Both the position numbers and the translations under genes were made by a program. A DNA stretch of 64,000 bases from Candidatus Kapaibacterium sp. (GTDB taxonomy: Bacteria; Patescibacteriota; Patescibacteriia; UBA9934), in the NCBI GenBank assembly GCA_044350705.1, contig JBILHA010000001.1:355431-419430 (forward strand), written 5' to 3'. The notes under the pieces were generated by a model that worked only from the letters and a program-made list of their open reading frames with translations, did not search any database and was not told the DNA's origin. Positions 55,574 through 64,000 of this stretch are shown in pieces (position 1 is the stretch's first letter; each line of letters starts with the position of its first letter).

Positions 55574-56626
55574 TTACGCAAAAGAGGCGTCTTGCGTTGA
55601 AGGAAGGGCTATTCCTTTTAAGAGCTCTTCATTTGCTAATAGCGCTGCCGCACCTCGCACGTTCGCGGTCATCGGATCTTCAATGACGCGCACGGGAATG
55701 GCCGTTTCGCGTGCAATGGTTTTTTCGATACCGCGTAAAAGCGCTGATCCTCCCACGAGAACCACGCCTCGTTCATAGATATCTGCAACAAGTTCTGCAG
55801 GCGTTGCCTCGAGTGTTGCCTTGATACTACTGAGAATCACCGCAATGTTGCGCTGGAGCGCATCGCGCACCTCTGATTCCTTGAGGATGATTTGCTTTGG
55901 CAGTCCCGTTACTAAATGACGGCCGCGCACTTCCATTTCGTACGGGGTGCCGGTATCAAGCGTGCTTCCGAGCCTCCACTTCACCTCTTCAGCAACTTTC
56001 TCTCCAATGAGCAGACTGTAGGCATCGCGCACATACTGCGTGATATTTCTCGTCATTTCTTCACCGGCCACGGAAAGCGTACGAGATGTCACCACTCCCC
56101 CCAGCGAAACCACCGCAATCTGCGTCATTCCTCCCCCAATATCTACGATCATGGATCCCACGCTCTCCATCACCGGAAGTCCCGCGCCTACTGCCGCAGC
56201 AATAGGACTTTCTACGAGGGTGACCACGCGGGCTCCTGCAGAAAGCGCTGCGTCTTCTACGGCTTTTCGCTCCACCTCAGTGGTTTCAAGGGGAACGGTC
56301 ATGACCATACGCGGTCGCGGCAAAGGCGTAGGTACATCCGCATGCACACGGTCAATGAAATACCTGAGCATTTTTTCGGTAATTTCAAAATCTGAAATGA
56401 CCCCTTTGAGCAACGGGCGCGTGACCGAAAGGTGCGCAGGCGTTTTTCCGAGCATGTCGCGCGCCGAAGTTCCTACGGCCACAATAGCTTGGGTACGAGT
56501 GTTTACCGTCACGAGCGAAGGCTCGTGAATCACTAAACCTCGATCTTTTACGGCAACACGGGTATGGGAAGTTCCCAAATCAACCGCAATATCCTGTGAA
56601 AATTTCGCCATCCATCGTTCAAACAT
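55574..56626 (-). CDS. mreB: rod shape-determining protein MreB (actin-like ATPase)
   Basis: AVDLGTSHTRVAV phosphate-1 motif; 350 aa. Confidence 0.9.
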   Translation of the reverse strand: MFERWMAKFSQDIAVDLGTSHTRVAVKDRGLVIHEPSLVTVNTRTQAIVAVGTSARDMLGKTPAHLSVTRPLLKGVISDFEITEKMLRYFIDRVHADVPTPLPRPRMVMTVPLETTEVERKAVEDAALSAGARVVTLVESPIAAAVGAGLPVMESVGSMIVDIGGGMTQIAVVSLGGVVTSRTLSVAGEEMTRNITQYVRDAYSLLIGEKVAEEVKWRLGSTLDTGTPYEMEVRGRHLVTGLPKQIILKESEVRDALQRNIAVILSSIKATLEATPAELVADIYERGVVLVGGSALLRGIEKTIARETAIPVRVIEDPMTANVRGAAALLANEELLKGIALPSTQDASFA

Positions 56627-56691
56627 ACAAAAAAGGGGTTGAGGAATCCCAACAAGATACTAAAGAAGTCTCTCCACTCCCACAATCCCAG

Positions 56692-57105
56692 TTATCCCCG
56701 GCGTAACACTCGCTCTACATGACGCTCCTCCCACATGAGGAGTGCGAACTCCACAATACCGATCACAAAGAATGCGAGCAGGAACCATGCAGGGGAAAAG
56801 AGCCGACTCGCAAGCGCAAGACACCCTCCTACCACAATGAGTCCGAGCAGTCCCCCTTGGCGGAGTGATCGCACGAGTACCCGGAGGATTCCTGCTTCGT
56901 CGTGACTCTCTACTTTTCTTGAGCGGATGAGGGTTCCGAGCGTTGCCATGAGACCCATGACGGTAAAAAAGAGGGTGATGTAAAACGCGAAGAATCCAAA
57001 CATTCCCGCCGTGAAGGGGTTCATACTTACCAGCACTACAAACCAGCCAATACTCGCCGCACAGGTGCCGGTGAGAAGAATGAGGAGGTATTCGCGGAGG
57101 GACAT
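56692..57105 (-). CDS. hypothetical polytopic membrane protein
   Basis: Four predicted TM helices. Confidence 0.4.
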   Translation of the reverse strand: MSLREYLLILLTGTCAASIGWFVVLVSMNPFTAGMFGFFAFYITLFFTVMGLMATLGTLIRSRKVESHDEAGILRVLVRSLRQGGLLGLIVVGGCLALASRLFSPAWFLLAFFVIGIVEFALLMWEERHVERVLRRG

Positions 57106-57108
57106 AGC

Positions 57109-57450
57109 TTAATGCATTATACGCTTCCAGGCCTCCGGACGCAGAACACACTGTGCACGAAGAGTAAGCGCGGGAAACTTTGAGGCGAGCGCCCTGCACA
57201 CTTCGTCCGCGACGCCCTGCGCATCAAACCGTGCCGCAGCATTTTTACATGCAAACGTCACCACACTATCCGCATACGATAATACGATCAGATCGTTCTC
57301 CAGCGGTGTTCCGGCAACCGTGCGCATAAGCTCTTCCTGCGCGCTCTCGACAACCCCATGCGCCGTCAGTTGCTCCTTAATGCCATGCCGCTTTGCAAAC
57401 GACGCGAGCAAGCGATTAATTTGACGAGGATTTTTCATATTGCTAACCAA
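57109..57450 (-). CDS. DUF721/DciA-like small protein (weak)
   Basis: Size and pattern LIVLSYADSVVTFACKNAAARFDAQ. Confidence 0.3.
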   Translation of the reverse strand: MVSNMKNPRQINRLLASFAKRHGIKEQLTAHGVVESAQEELMRTVAGTPLENDLIVLSYADSVVTFACKNAAARFDAQGVADEVCRALASKFPALTLRAQCVLRPEAWKRIMH

Positions 57451-60415
57451 GCTGTGCCGCAGGGCAAATATCTTTAAAGTCGCAGTACTTACACGTCCGC
57501 TCCGAAGGCGTTGGAGTAAAGTCAGAAACCCTTAACTCGTTGACGGTTTCTATCACCAGCTTTCGGAGTTTTTCCTTTTCTTTTTCCGTTGGAACAAAAG
57601 ATACCGTAGAACCGTCTTCCAAATAGTAGTAGGTGAGCTTTACGACGTTCAGCGGTGGATTAAAGCACTGCTCTGCAGCCAAAGCATAGATGACCAGCTG
57701 CCGCTTATCGTCCCACGAGAGCTCTTCTTTTGGCGTTCCTGTTTTATAATCAATAATTTCCACTCCCCCCTCGACGGTATCAATGCGGTCGATACGCCCT
57801 TTGAGCACCACGTCTTCAATGCGGAGATGAAAACCGCATTCGAGCTTCCAGGGTTTTGGCGTTTCCATTTTTACTTGCTCGTAAAACGTCTTCAAGGCCT
57901 CTTTTCCTTTCTCTTTATATTCTTCCTTCACTTCAGGTGAGGGATACCACTCATCAATAAAACACTCGTGATACAAATCAAGGAGCAGCTCGAAGGAAGG
58001 AATGCGTTCTTGGGCTTGTTTTTCCTCTGACCCAAAGAGAGAGACCTGTTGGCTGTTTTGAAGATCTTGCAAACGCTCAAGATATTTTTGCAGCGTTGCG
58101 TGCATGGTTTGCCCGAAAGAAAACTGATGGCGCCCGAAGGTAGGGATCTTTAACAAATGCGCGTACTTATACTGCATCGGGCACGTGGTAAATGCGGCAA
58201 TTTGCGAGAAACTAAACTCCTCAGGAAGGGCGAGCTTGATCTCATCTGCGCGCACCACTTCTTCGCGCTGTTCAAAACGCTCTCCACCCCGTAATGCCTG
58301 GTCACCGCGAACCTGAGGGCGTTTCTTTTCAAGGTCTAATTCAAGGAGAAAACGGGAAGGCTTCCGGGCACGCGATCCTCCGTAATCATCCGCGGAGAGC
58401 AAGAACAATCCCTCTTTTGCACGGGTCATTGCGACGTAAAATAGTCGTCGTTCTTCGGAGATGTGATCATCGAGTTCTGGGATGGCCGGAACAAGCCCAG
58501 GAGGCAACGGAAGTGATTCTGATCGAGAAACGGAGGGGAATCTTTGTTCTACCAGGTTCACGACAAATACATAACGAAATTCAAGACCCTTTGCGCTATG
58601 TACGGTCATCATTTGTACCACATCCGGCCCTGTTTCCGTATCTTTCGGGAGCGCCCCCTCTTCCCCTGCCTCACGTTCTGCATCAAATTCTTCAAGGAAG
58701 TTCGTAAGCGTCGATTCTCCTGGATGAGATTCTCCGAAACGTTTCAGGCGCGTCAGAAACTGTTCGAGGTACTGAAATTGTTCTTTTTGCACCACCTCAG
58801 GAAGTCCCTTGATATCTCCGAGCATTCCCGCTTTCTTCACTACCTCGATGAACATTTCAGCCGCGCTGCATCGTTGCGCATCTTTTGCGAGCTTTTCCTG
58901 CAGCGTGAGGAGATCGCGCATCTTTTCCCGACCTTCTTCAGAGATCGTAGAAGCCTCTGCCGCATGCCGCATGGCGTCTGCGATCACATATCCCTTGCGT
59001 CGTACAAGCGCAAGAAGATCATGCGTATCCTGCGTAGGAACTCCGAGACGTGGATGCGTCAGGATACGATACCACGCAGGGCTATTGAGGGGATCAACGG
59101 CAACGCGTAAATATGCAAGCACATCCAAGATGAGCGGCTTCGTGTACAGCCCTGAGGATGACGCATGTACAAAGGGAATCCCATACCGCTCAAAGGTCTC
59201 CAGGAAGGGCGTCAGGGGATCGTGCGCGCGTGAGAGGATGCAAAAATCTCCCCAAGATGCCTTTCCGGTCGTTACGCGTTCTACAATTTCATGCGCCACC
59301 GCCTGCACTTCGTCTTCCAGGGTATCGGCATGAATATGCGTTACAAATCCTTCGTCCTCGTGATGAGCCTGGAGTTCTTTTGAGATATTCTCCGTTATTT
59401 CCAATCGGTGAGGATCATTCTTGCGAATGAGGCGATATGCCGCATCGAGGACCTGTTTTCCGCTTCGGTAGTTCGTCGTGAGGACGAATCGCTGGCACTC
59501 TGGAAAATCATTTCTGAACTGCAAAATGTTCGCGAGCGCGGCGCCGCGAAACTTGTAAATTGCTTGGTCATCATCTCCCACGACCGTGACATTTCTCCGA
59601 TTCCCCGCGAGCTGTTTGACGATCGCGTATTGGATGGAGTTCGTGTCTTGGAATTCGTCTACAATGATGTACTTATATTGCTCCCGATAGAGCGCCAAGA
59701 TGTTCGGACGCTCGACAAAGAGCTGATGCACCTGCAAGAGCAGTCCTCCGAAATCAATTACCCCTTCTTCGGCAAGAATTTTTTCGTAAAGCGTGTACGC
59801 TCCTGCAAGCTCTTTCCATTTCGTCAGCTCTAATCGCTCTTCAGGCGGAAGGGTGGCATATGCTTCCGGACCCCCTCCTGCTCTTTCCTGCCAGAGGTCT
59901 TCAACATGCGCCGCGTAGCGATCCGGGGTAATCCCCTCATCTTTACACCGTGAAAAGTGCTTGAGCATTTCCCGTAAAAACTTTGTAGGGTTTCCTCGAG
60001 GCCGGAAATAATCAAGCGAAAAACGAGCAAGGTGTTTTCTCAGGAGAAGCCATGCATCAATTTCCGTCAGAATACGCATGTCACCTGGAAGACCCATTTC
60101 AAGACCATATCGCGCAAGAATACGCTCACAAAAGGCGTGGAAGGTTGCGATGCTCGTATCTACATAGCCAATCGGGAGCAGACGATCCACACGTTCTTCC
60201 ATTTCGCGCGCCGCCTTTTCCGTAAACGTAAGCGCGAGAATTTCTTCCGGCTTTGCTCGTTCGCTTGCGATCAACCAAGCAATCTTACGCGTGATCACGG
60301 TTGTTTTTCCGGTTCCTGCGCCTGCAATAATCATCTGCGGCCCATCCGGCGCAGTGATTGCTGCTTTTTGCACCTCATGAACATCCTGTAAGAGTGTTTC
60401 TCCCCACGCCTGCAT
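57443..60415 (-). CDS. UvrD/PcrA-family helicase fused to a C-terminal RecB/Cas4-like PD-(D/E)xK nuclease domain with Cys cluster
   Basis: Walker A IIAGAGTGKTT. C-terminal CPMQYKY...IDRIDTVEGGVEIIDYKTG...CKYCDFKDICP. Start taken at Met41 of the track ORF, 2 nt after the upstream stop. Confidence 0.8.
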   Translation of the reverse strand: MQAWGETLLQDVHEVQKAAITAPDGPQMIIAGAGTGKTTVITRKIAWLIASERAKPEEILALTFTEKAAREMEERVDRLLPIGYVDTSIATFHAFCERILARYGLEMGLPGDMRILTEIDAWLLLRKHLARFSLDYFRPRGNPTKFLREMLKHFSRCKDEGITPDRYAAHVEDLWQERAGGGPEAYATLPPEERLELTKWKELAGAYTLYEKILAEEGVIDFGGLLLQVHQLFVERPNILALYREQYKYIIVDEFQDTNSIQYAIVKQLAGNRRNVTVVGDDDQAIYKFRGAALANILQFRNDFPECQRFVLTTNYRSGKQVLDAAYRLIRKNDPHRLEITENISKELQAHHEDEGFVTHIHADTLEDEVQAVAHEIVERVTTGKASWGDFCILSRAHDPLTPFLETFERYGIPFVHASSSGLYTKPLILDVLAYLRVAVDPLNSPAWYRILTHPRLGVPTQDTHDLLALVRRKGYVIADAMRHAAEASTISEEGREKMRDLLTLQEKLAKDAQRCSAAEMFIEVVKKAGMLGDIKGLPEVVQKEQFQYLEQFLTRLKRFGESHPGESTLTNFLEEFDAEREAGEEGALPKDTETGPDVVQMMTVHSAKGLEFRYVFVVNLVEQRFPSVSRSESLPLPPGLVPAIPELDDHISEERRLFYVAMTRAKEGLFLLSADDYGGSRARKPSRFLLELDLEKKRPQVRGDQALRGGERFEQREEVVRADEIKLALPEEFSFSQIAAFTTCPMQYKYAHLLKIPTFGRHQFSFGQTMHATLQKYLERLQDLQNSQQVSLFGSEEKQAQERIPSFELLLDLYHECFIDEWYPSPEVKEEYKEKGKEALKTFYEQVKMETPKPWKLECGFHLRIEDVVLKGRIDRIDTVEGGVEIIDYKTGTPKEELSWDDKRQLVIYALAAEQCFNPPLNVVKLTYYYLEDGSTVSFVPTEKEKEKLRKLVIETVNELRVSDFTPTPSERTCKYCDFKDICPAAQLG

Positions 60416-60417
60416 AT

Positions 60418-61791
60418 TTAGGTCTGAATACCTTCTACTGCTTTGACCATGAGCGCCAGGGCATCTGCGTACAGAAACCACGCTCCATATGCGGTCATGA
60501 TAATGAGGAGAAGCGCACTGAGCTTCACCATCCATTTTTCCGAATACTGCACATCAGCTTCTGTCCAGGCACGCATCATTCGCACGCTGAGCGTAAAGAG
60601 AGTGTACGCAAGCATCAGCGTTGCAACGGTCGCCACCATTGGCATCATCTGCATGCCGTACCCCGTGCTTAACACAAACGGCACGAAGAATGGGCTTACC
60701 ATCGGCATTCCTGCGAGCACTAAAATCGCATATTTTTTCATCCGCACACTCCACCACGCTCCTCCCTGGACAAGGATGCAGATCGTTCCTACAAGAACGT
60801 ATCCCATGAAGATCATGAGCGCAGGAATAAAACCCGCTGCTCCATATCCGCCCGATACTAACGCCATCCCGAGGAGCAAAATTGCGAATATTTCCCCCGT
60901 ACTTTCCTTCGCGCGCAGATATTCAACCAATGTTACGGCTGAAAATATACTAAATACGATGAGCATCTTTTGTACAAAAGGCTCTCCTTGATTTCCTCCC
61001 CATGCAGGAAGCGTGAGGAGATGAGGGAAGAGTGCAACGGGAAGGAAGATGCGCATGAGCAACCGCTGCGCCTTTGGCAACTCTGCAACTCCTTTCCTGA
61101 ACCAAACCATGCCAGGAACTAATCCCAAAAACCATAATGCCGAGAACCCAATTACCGTCATGCCCAGAAACGCCAAGACAGGCACTGATCCCGTCATCCC
61201 TGCACGAACTTCACTGCTCGTGAGCATGAGCTCTCCGGTGTGCTGATATCCGCCCACAAGGAGTAGTGTGATGCCAAGCGCAAAGACCGCAAACGCTCCA
61301 CCGATACCGATGGTATATTTTCTCAGTCGTTGCAACATGTGGTCTGGCGCTTCGTACAGCGAGCCAATGCAGGTCATCATAAACGTGATGAATACCCCAA
61401 AGAGCACCAGAGGCAGCGCTTCAGCAAGCAGGGTCAGAAGTACTCCTCCAAATCCTCCCACGAGCGTTACACTACGTAGTGTAAACAATTGTCGAGATCC
61501 TATTCCCCTTTCAAAACATGCTCCCCACCAAAGTGCAAACGCGAATACAATTGCCCCCCAGCTGATCGCGAGCGGGATGAGCAGAAGGCCTCTCAGCGTA
61601 TCTACAACGAGAAAACCTTGTAACGCACTGACAGGCGCCCCTCCTAACACCGGCACTGCCAGTGCCCCCAATGCAAGCGAGGTGAGCACAGCATTCACGA
61701 CAAACCACGTACGCAACATTTTTTCTTTTAACGGAAGAAAACACGCTGCGACTGATCCGAGAAGCAATACCGCTACAAGAAGAAATTCCAT
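60418..61791 (-). CDS. polytopic membrane protein, function unknown
   Basis: 457 aa, about 12-14 TM helices, no recognised motif. Confidence 0.45.
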   Translation of the reverse strand: MEFLLVAVLLLGSVAACFLPLKEKMLRTWFVVNAVLTSLALGALAVPVLGGAPVSALQGFLVVDTLRGLLLIPLAISWGAIVFAFALWWGACFERGIGSRQLFTLRSVTLVGGFGGVLLTLLAEALPLVLFGVFITFMMTCIGSLYEAPDHMLQRLRKYTIGIGGAFAVFALGITLLLVGGYQHTGELMLTSSEVRAGMTGSVPVLAFLGMTVIGFSALWFLGLVPGMVWFRKGVAELPKAQRLLMRIFLPVALFPHLLTLPAWGGNQGEPFVQKMLIVFSIFSAVTLVEYLRAKESTGEIFAILLLGMALVSGGYGAAGFIPALMIFMGYVLVGTICILVQGGAWWSVRMKKYAILVLAGMPMVSPFFVPFVLSTGYGMQMMPMVATVATLMLAYTLFTLSVRMMRAWTEADVQYSEKWMVKLSALLLIIMTAYGAWFLYADALALMVKAVEGIQT

Positions 61792-61794
61792 AGG

Positions 61795-63417
61795 TTAGAA
61801 AAGGATGATGAGCGTTACCAGGAAAAAGGCGAGGAGCACCACACTCGCTTCTTTCATAGTCATTTGCGTAAGACGATGTTCCCCTTCGGTCAGCGCAGCG
61901 TTGAGCGTTTGTTTCATTGAAGTTCCATACACCCCTCCCTGCGTTGCAACTTTTGGAAGCGCCAAATATCCCTCAATGCGCTCCACAAAAGCACGTGCAG
62001 AGCCAGCAATTTTTGCCCATGCATCTGGCTTCTTTTTTTTCATGATCATTGCGCCTCCCACGAAAAGCGCGCTCGCCCCGAGCAGCATCCATGGAATGAG
62101 CGTGAGCACGGTTTCAGCGAAAGCTATTTCTATACGAGCATCTGGCGCTTCTCCCCCTATCGTTGTTCCGAGATAGGAGAGGATGTGCGCGTACGCAATC
62201 GCACCTATCAACAATATGAACGACTGCACTCCGCCGACGAACGCGCGCTGCGTTCCCCCATTTCCCTGCTGCACAAAGAATCGCGCAAGGAACAACGTGG
62301 TTCCTAGCGTTATCACGATGAGCAGTGCAGTAAATCCTTTCTCTCCCACGGTTTCTGCTGCTTGCCATAAGACACCCAATCCCGCAAACAGAAGGAGCAG
62401 GCCCATTCCTGGAAGCGTACCTGGCAGTGGCGAGAGCAGGAATTGTTGTATGCTCATTTCCTTTTCTTGCCCCTGTACACCGCCTCGTCGATAATCACCC
62501 AATATTCCTGCAGCCGCTAAGGTAATTCCTCCAAAGAGAAAACATTGTACTGCGGTTACTATCTGCATGTTCACCGCGATCATCGTGAGTGGAACAGCAA
62601 AGAACAGCAAATACATGTAACTTTGCATGATCGCATGCTGATTACGCTTTCTTGCAAAATACAACGCCATCAGCGCTGAAAGAAGCGCCACGAGTGTGAT
62701 GAGGAGCGTAGGCGCAGTCCCCAAAAAGAACAGGCAAAGCCGAAGCGTGATGTACATCGGTATGAGTAAATAGGCCCCTGCAAACCAGCGTACACTTGCC
62801 AATGCACCCGCAAAAAGAAAGACCAGTGCAAGCAATACCGTCTTTTCCGGTAACTGTGAAGAAATAGATGCCACGATGGTCATGTCTGCCAGAAACGCTC
62901 CCCCTGAGAGGAGCAATATACTGAGCATCATCGCCCCCATCGCAAAAACAAACCCCATGCGCTCTTTTTGTGCGACTGCGCGAACACCTCCCAACGTAAC
63001 GACGAGAAGCCACGCAATCAGCGTCATGGGCGTTGCGGCTGAAATTACCCCGAGGACAAGAAACATTGCTCCAAACGCACTTTTGAAAACACCCGGTGAT
63101 CTTTCACACAGATGCACAAGGGTCGCCGCTGCAAGAATCACTCCGAATACCGCCGCAAAGCGATCGATATACCAGACGCCCGACACCAAAAGCGGCAGCG
63201 TCTGCGGAAGCAGATGAGGAGCAATCCCCTCTCGCATTCCTCCTGCAATAAGCGCCATCGCCCATCCGGCTCCCACCACGCCGATTGCTGCAATTATTCT
63301 CCCGAGCGTTTGGAGTACGTTTTTCGTTTTTTGCGCACGAAAAAAGGCTTTCGCCTTCTTCATTCCCTCACTTCCTTTCTGATGTATATTCTTCGCAAGT
63401 GCTCGCATATGATCCAT
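61795..63417 (-). CDS. polytopic membrane protein, function unknown
   Basis: 540 aa, at least 12 TM helices. Confidence 0.45.
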   Translation of the reverse strand: MDHMRALAKNIHQKGSEGMKKAKAFFRAQKTKNVLQTLGRIIAAIGVVGAGWAMALIAGGMREGIAPHLLPQTLPLLVSGVWYIDRFAAVFGVILAAATLVHLCERSPGVFKSAFGAMFLVLGVISAATPMTLIAWLLVVTLGGVRAVAQKERMGFVFAMGAMMLSILLLSGGAFLADMTIVASISSQLPEKTVLLALVFLFAGALASVRWFAGAYLLIPMYITLRLCLFFLGTAPTLLITLVALLSALMALYFARKRNQHAIMQSYMYLLFFAVPLTMIAVNMQIVTAVQCFLFGGITLAAAGILGDYRRGGVQGQEKEMSIQQFLLSPLPGTLPGMGLLLLFAGLGVLWQAAETVGEKGFTALLIVITLGTTLFLARFFVQQGNGGTQRAFVGGVQSFILLIGAIAYAHILSYLGTTIGGEAPDARIEIAFAETVLTLIPWMLLGASALFVGGAMIMKKKKPDAWAKIAGSARAFVERIEGYLALPKVATQGGVYGTSMKQTLNAALTEGEHRLTQMTMKEASVVLLAFFLVTLIILF

Positions 63418-63467
63418 AGTCTTTCAAATTTAGCCGGGTTTTTCCATCTCACGGGTGGATAAACAAA

Positions 63468-63496
63468 CCCCCTACCACTTTTTTACAGATAGGGGG
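63468..63496. terminator. hairpin ccccctA...Taggggg followed (on the minus strand) by a T-rich tract; likely atpC terminator
   Basis: Read directly from the sequence. Confidence 0.4.
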
Positions 63497-63501
63497 CTTA
63501 T

Positions 63502-63927
63502 TTACCGCTTTCTCCTTCCCTTAAGCGCTACACGGTAGCGCGCTACTTCCCGCTCTAGGAGCGCAGCTGCGGCAGCATAGGCAACCTCGTCTCCTGCACG
63601 TACGTTTTTCAGCGCTTGATCAGCTTCTTGCCTTGCTCTTTCAATAGCCTCCAGCGTCAACTCCTCAGAACGTTCTGCCGTATCTGCAAGAATGGTGAGC
63701 GCGTTCTTTGCGATACGTAAAATTCCCGTTGATACTGCGAGAAGCATTTCTTCTCCAGAAGGCGTGATCACACGCATCTCACCCGGAGTAAGAAGCGTTG
63801 TGAGTTCCGCATGCCCTGGGCGAATAGTAATTTCCCCCTTCTGGGTTGAAACCGAAATCTGCCGGGCCTCCCCTTCTGCAACCGTCCGTTCTGGAGTGAT
63901 GATGGAATACTGCACCATAGATAGCAT
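63502..63927 (-). CDS. atpC: F0F1 ATP synthase subunit epsilon
   Basis: N-terminal beta-sandwich pattern IITPERTVAEGEARQISVSTQKGEITIRPGHAEL and C-terminal helical hairpin. SD AGAGGTG lies upstream. Confidence 0.8.
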   Translation of the reverse strand: MLSMVQYSIITPERTVAEGEARQISVSTQKGEITIRPGHAELTTLLTPGEMRVITPSGEEMLLAVSTGILRIAKNALTILADTAERSEELTLEAIERARQEADQALKNVRAGDEVAYAAAAALLEREVARYRVALKGRRKR

Positions 63928-63961
63928 ATCAACCGCACCTCTTTACATGACCTAGGCTCCA

Positions 63962-64000
63962 ACCTCATCAATCCCCCCCTTCATGTAGAACGCCTGTTCA
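63962..64000 (-). CDS. atpD: F0F1 ATP synthase subunit beta, C-terminal end only (partial at window edge)
   Basis: The reverse-complement frame reads ...EQAFYMKGGIDEVGA*, matching the conserved beta-subunit C-terminus EQAFYMVG. Confidence 0.5.

Overview
This 64-kb window comes from a compact bacterial chromosome of roughly 50% GC; the reduced, monoderm-like (possibly CPR/Patescibacteria-like) lineage is an inference only.

Left end, positions 1-5535: a low-GC island of about 33-35% GC that looks like an integrated mobile element.
- It sits at the 3' end of a minus-strand tRNA-Asn(GTT) at 5461-5535.
- It carries a large serine recombinase whose 3' end overlaps the tRNA, an HTH_17 excisionase-like gene, a Rep-like protein, and a few small hypothetical genes.
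- Running off the left edge is a NACHT-type STAND NTPase with an N-terminal Mrr-like PD-(D/E)xK nuclease domain. This is the strongest candidate in the window for an antiphage defence module.

Host genes to the right:
- pepA, a DUF3179 protein, rsmI, a compact metG, cvpA, tatD, tsaC and a compact alaS.
- A ribosomal/alpha operon infA-rpmJ-rpsM-rpsK-rpsD-rpoA-rplQ-rplM-rpsI. The rpoA here encodes only the N-terminal domain of the alpha subunit.
- A surface-glycan cluster: Wzx-like flippase, one GT4, two GT2, a methyltransferase and an O-antigen-ligase-like protein.
- A def-fmt-priA block in which PriA has degenerate ATPase motifs.
- ppa, clpB with a textbook CIRCE operator, a WecB/TagA transferase, gltX, an M23 peptidase, bcp, ftsQ, alr, serS, a RibL-like FAD synthase, lysS, a low-GC DUF2130 gene, greA, mrdA-mreDCB, a UvrD-helicase/RecB-nuclease fusion, two large unknown membrane proteins, atpC and the tail of atpD.

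Unusual signals:
- Several short patches of about 62-66% GC encode small secreted, membrane or nuclease-like proteins. Two of them sit behind a duplicated 48-bp promoter module.
- A perfect 9-bp x8 tandem repeat lies directly upstream of tatD.
- A strongly structured element with 17-bp inverted termini lies between infA and rpmJ.
- A TTTGC-motif array lies between the tRNA and pepA.

No rRNA genes and no CRISPR array were seen.
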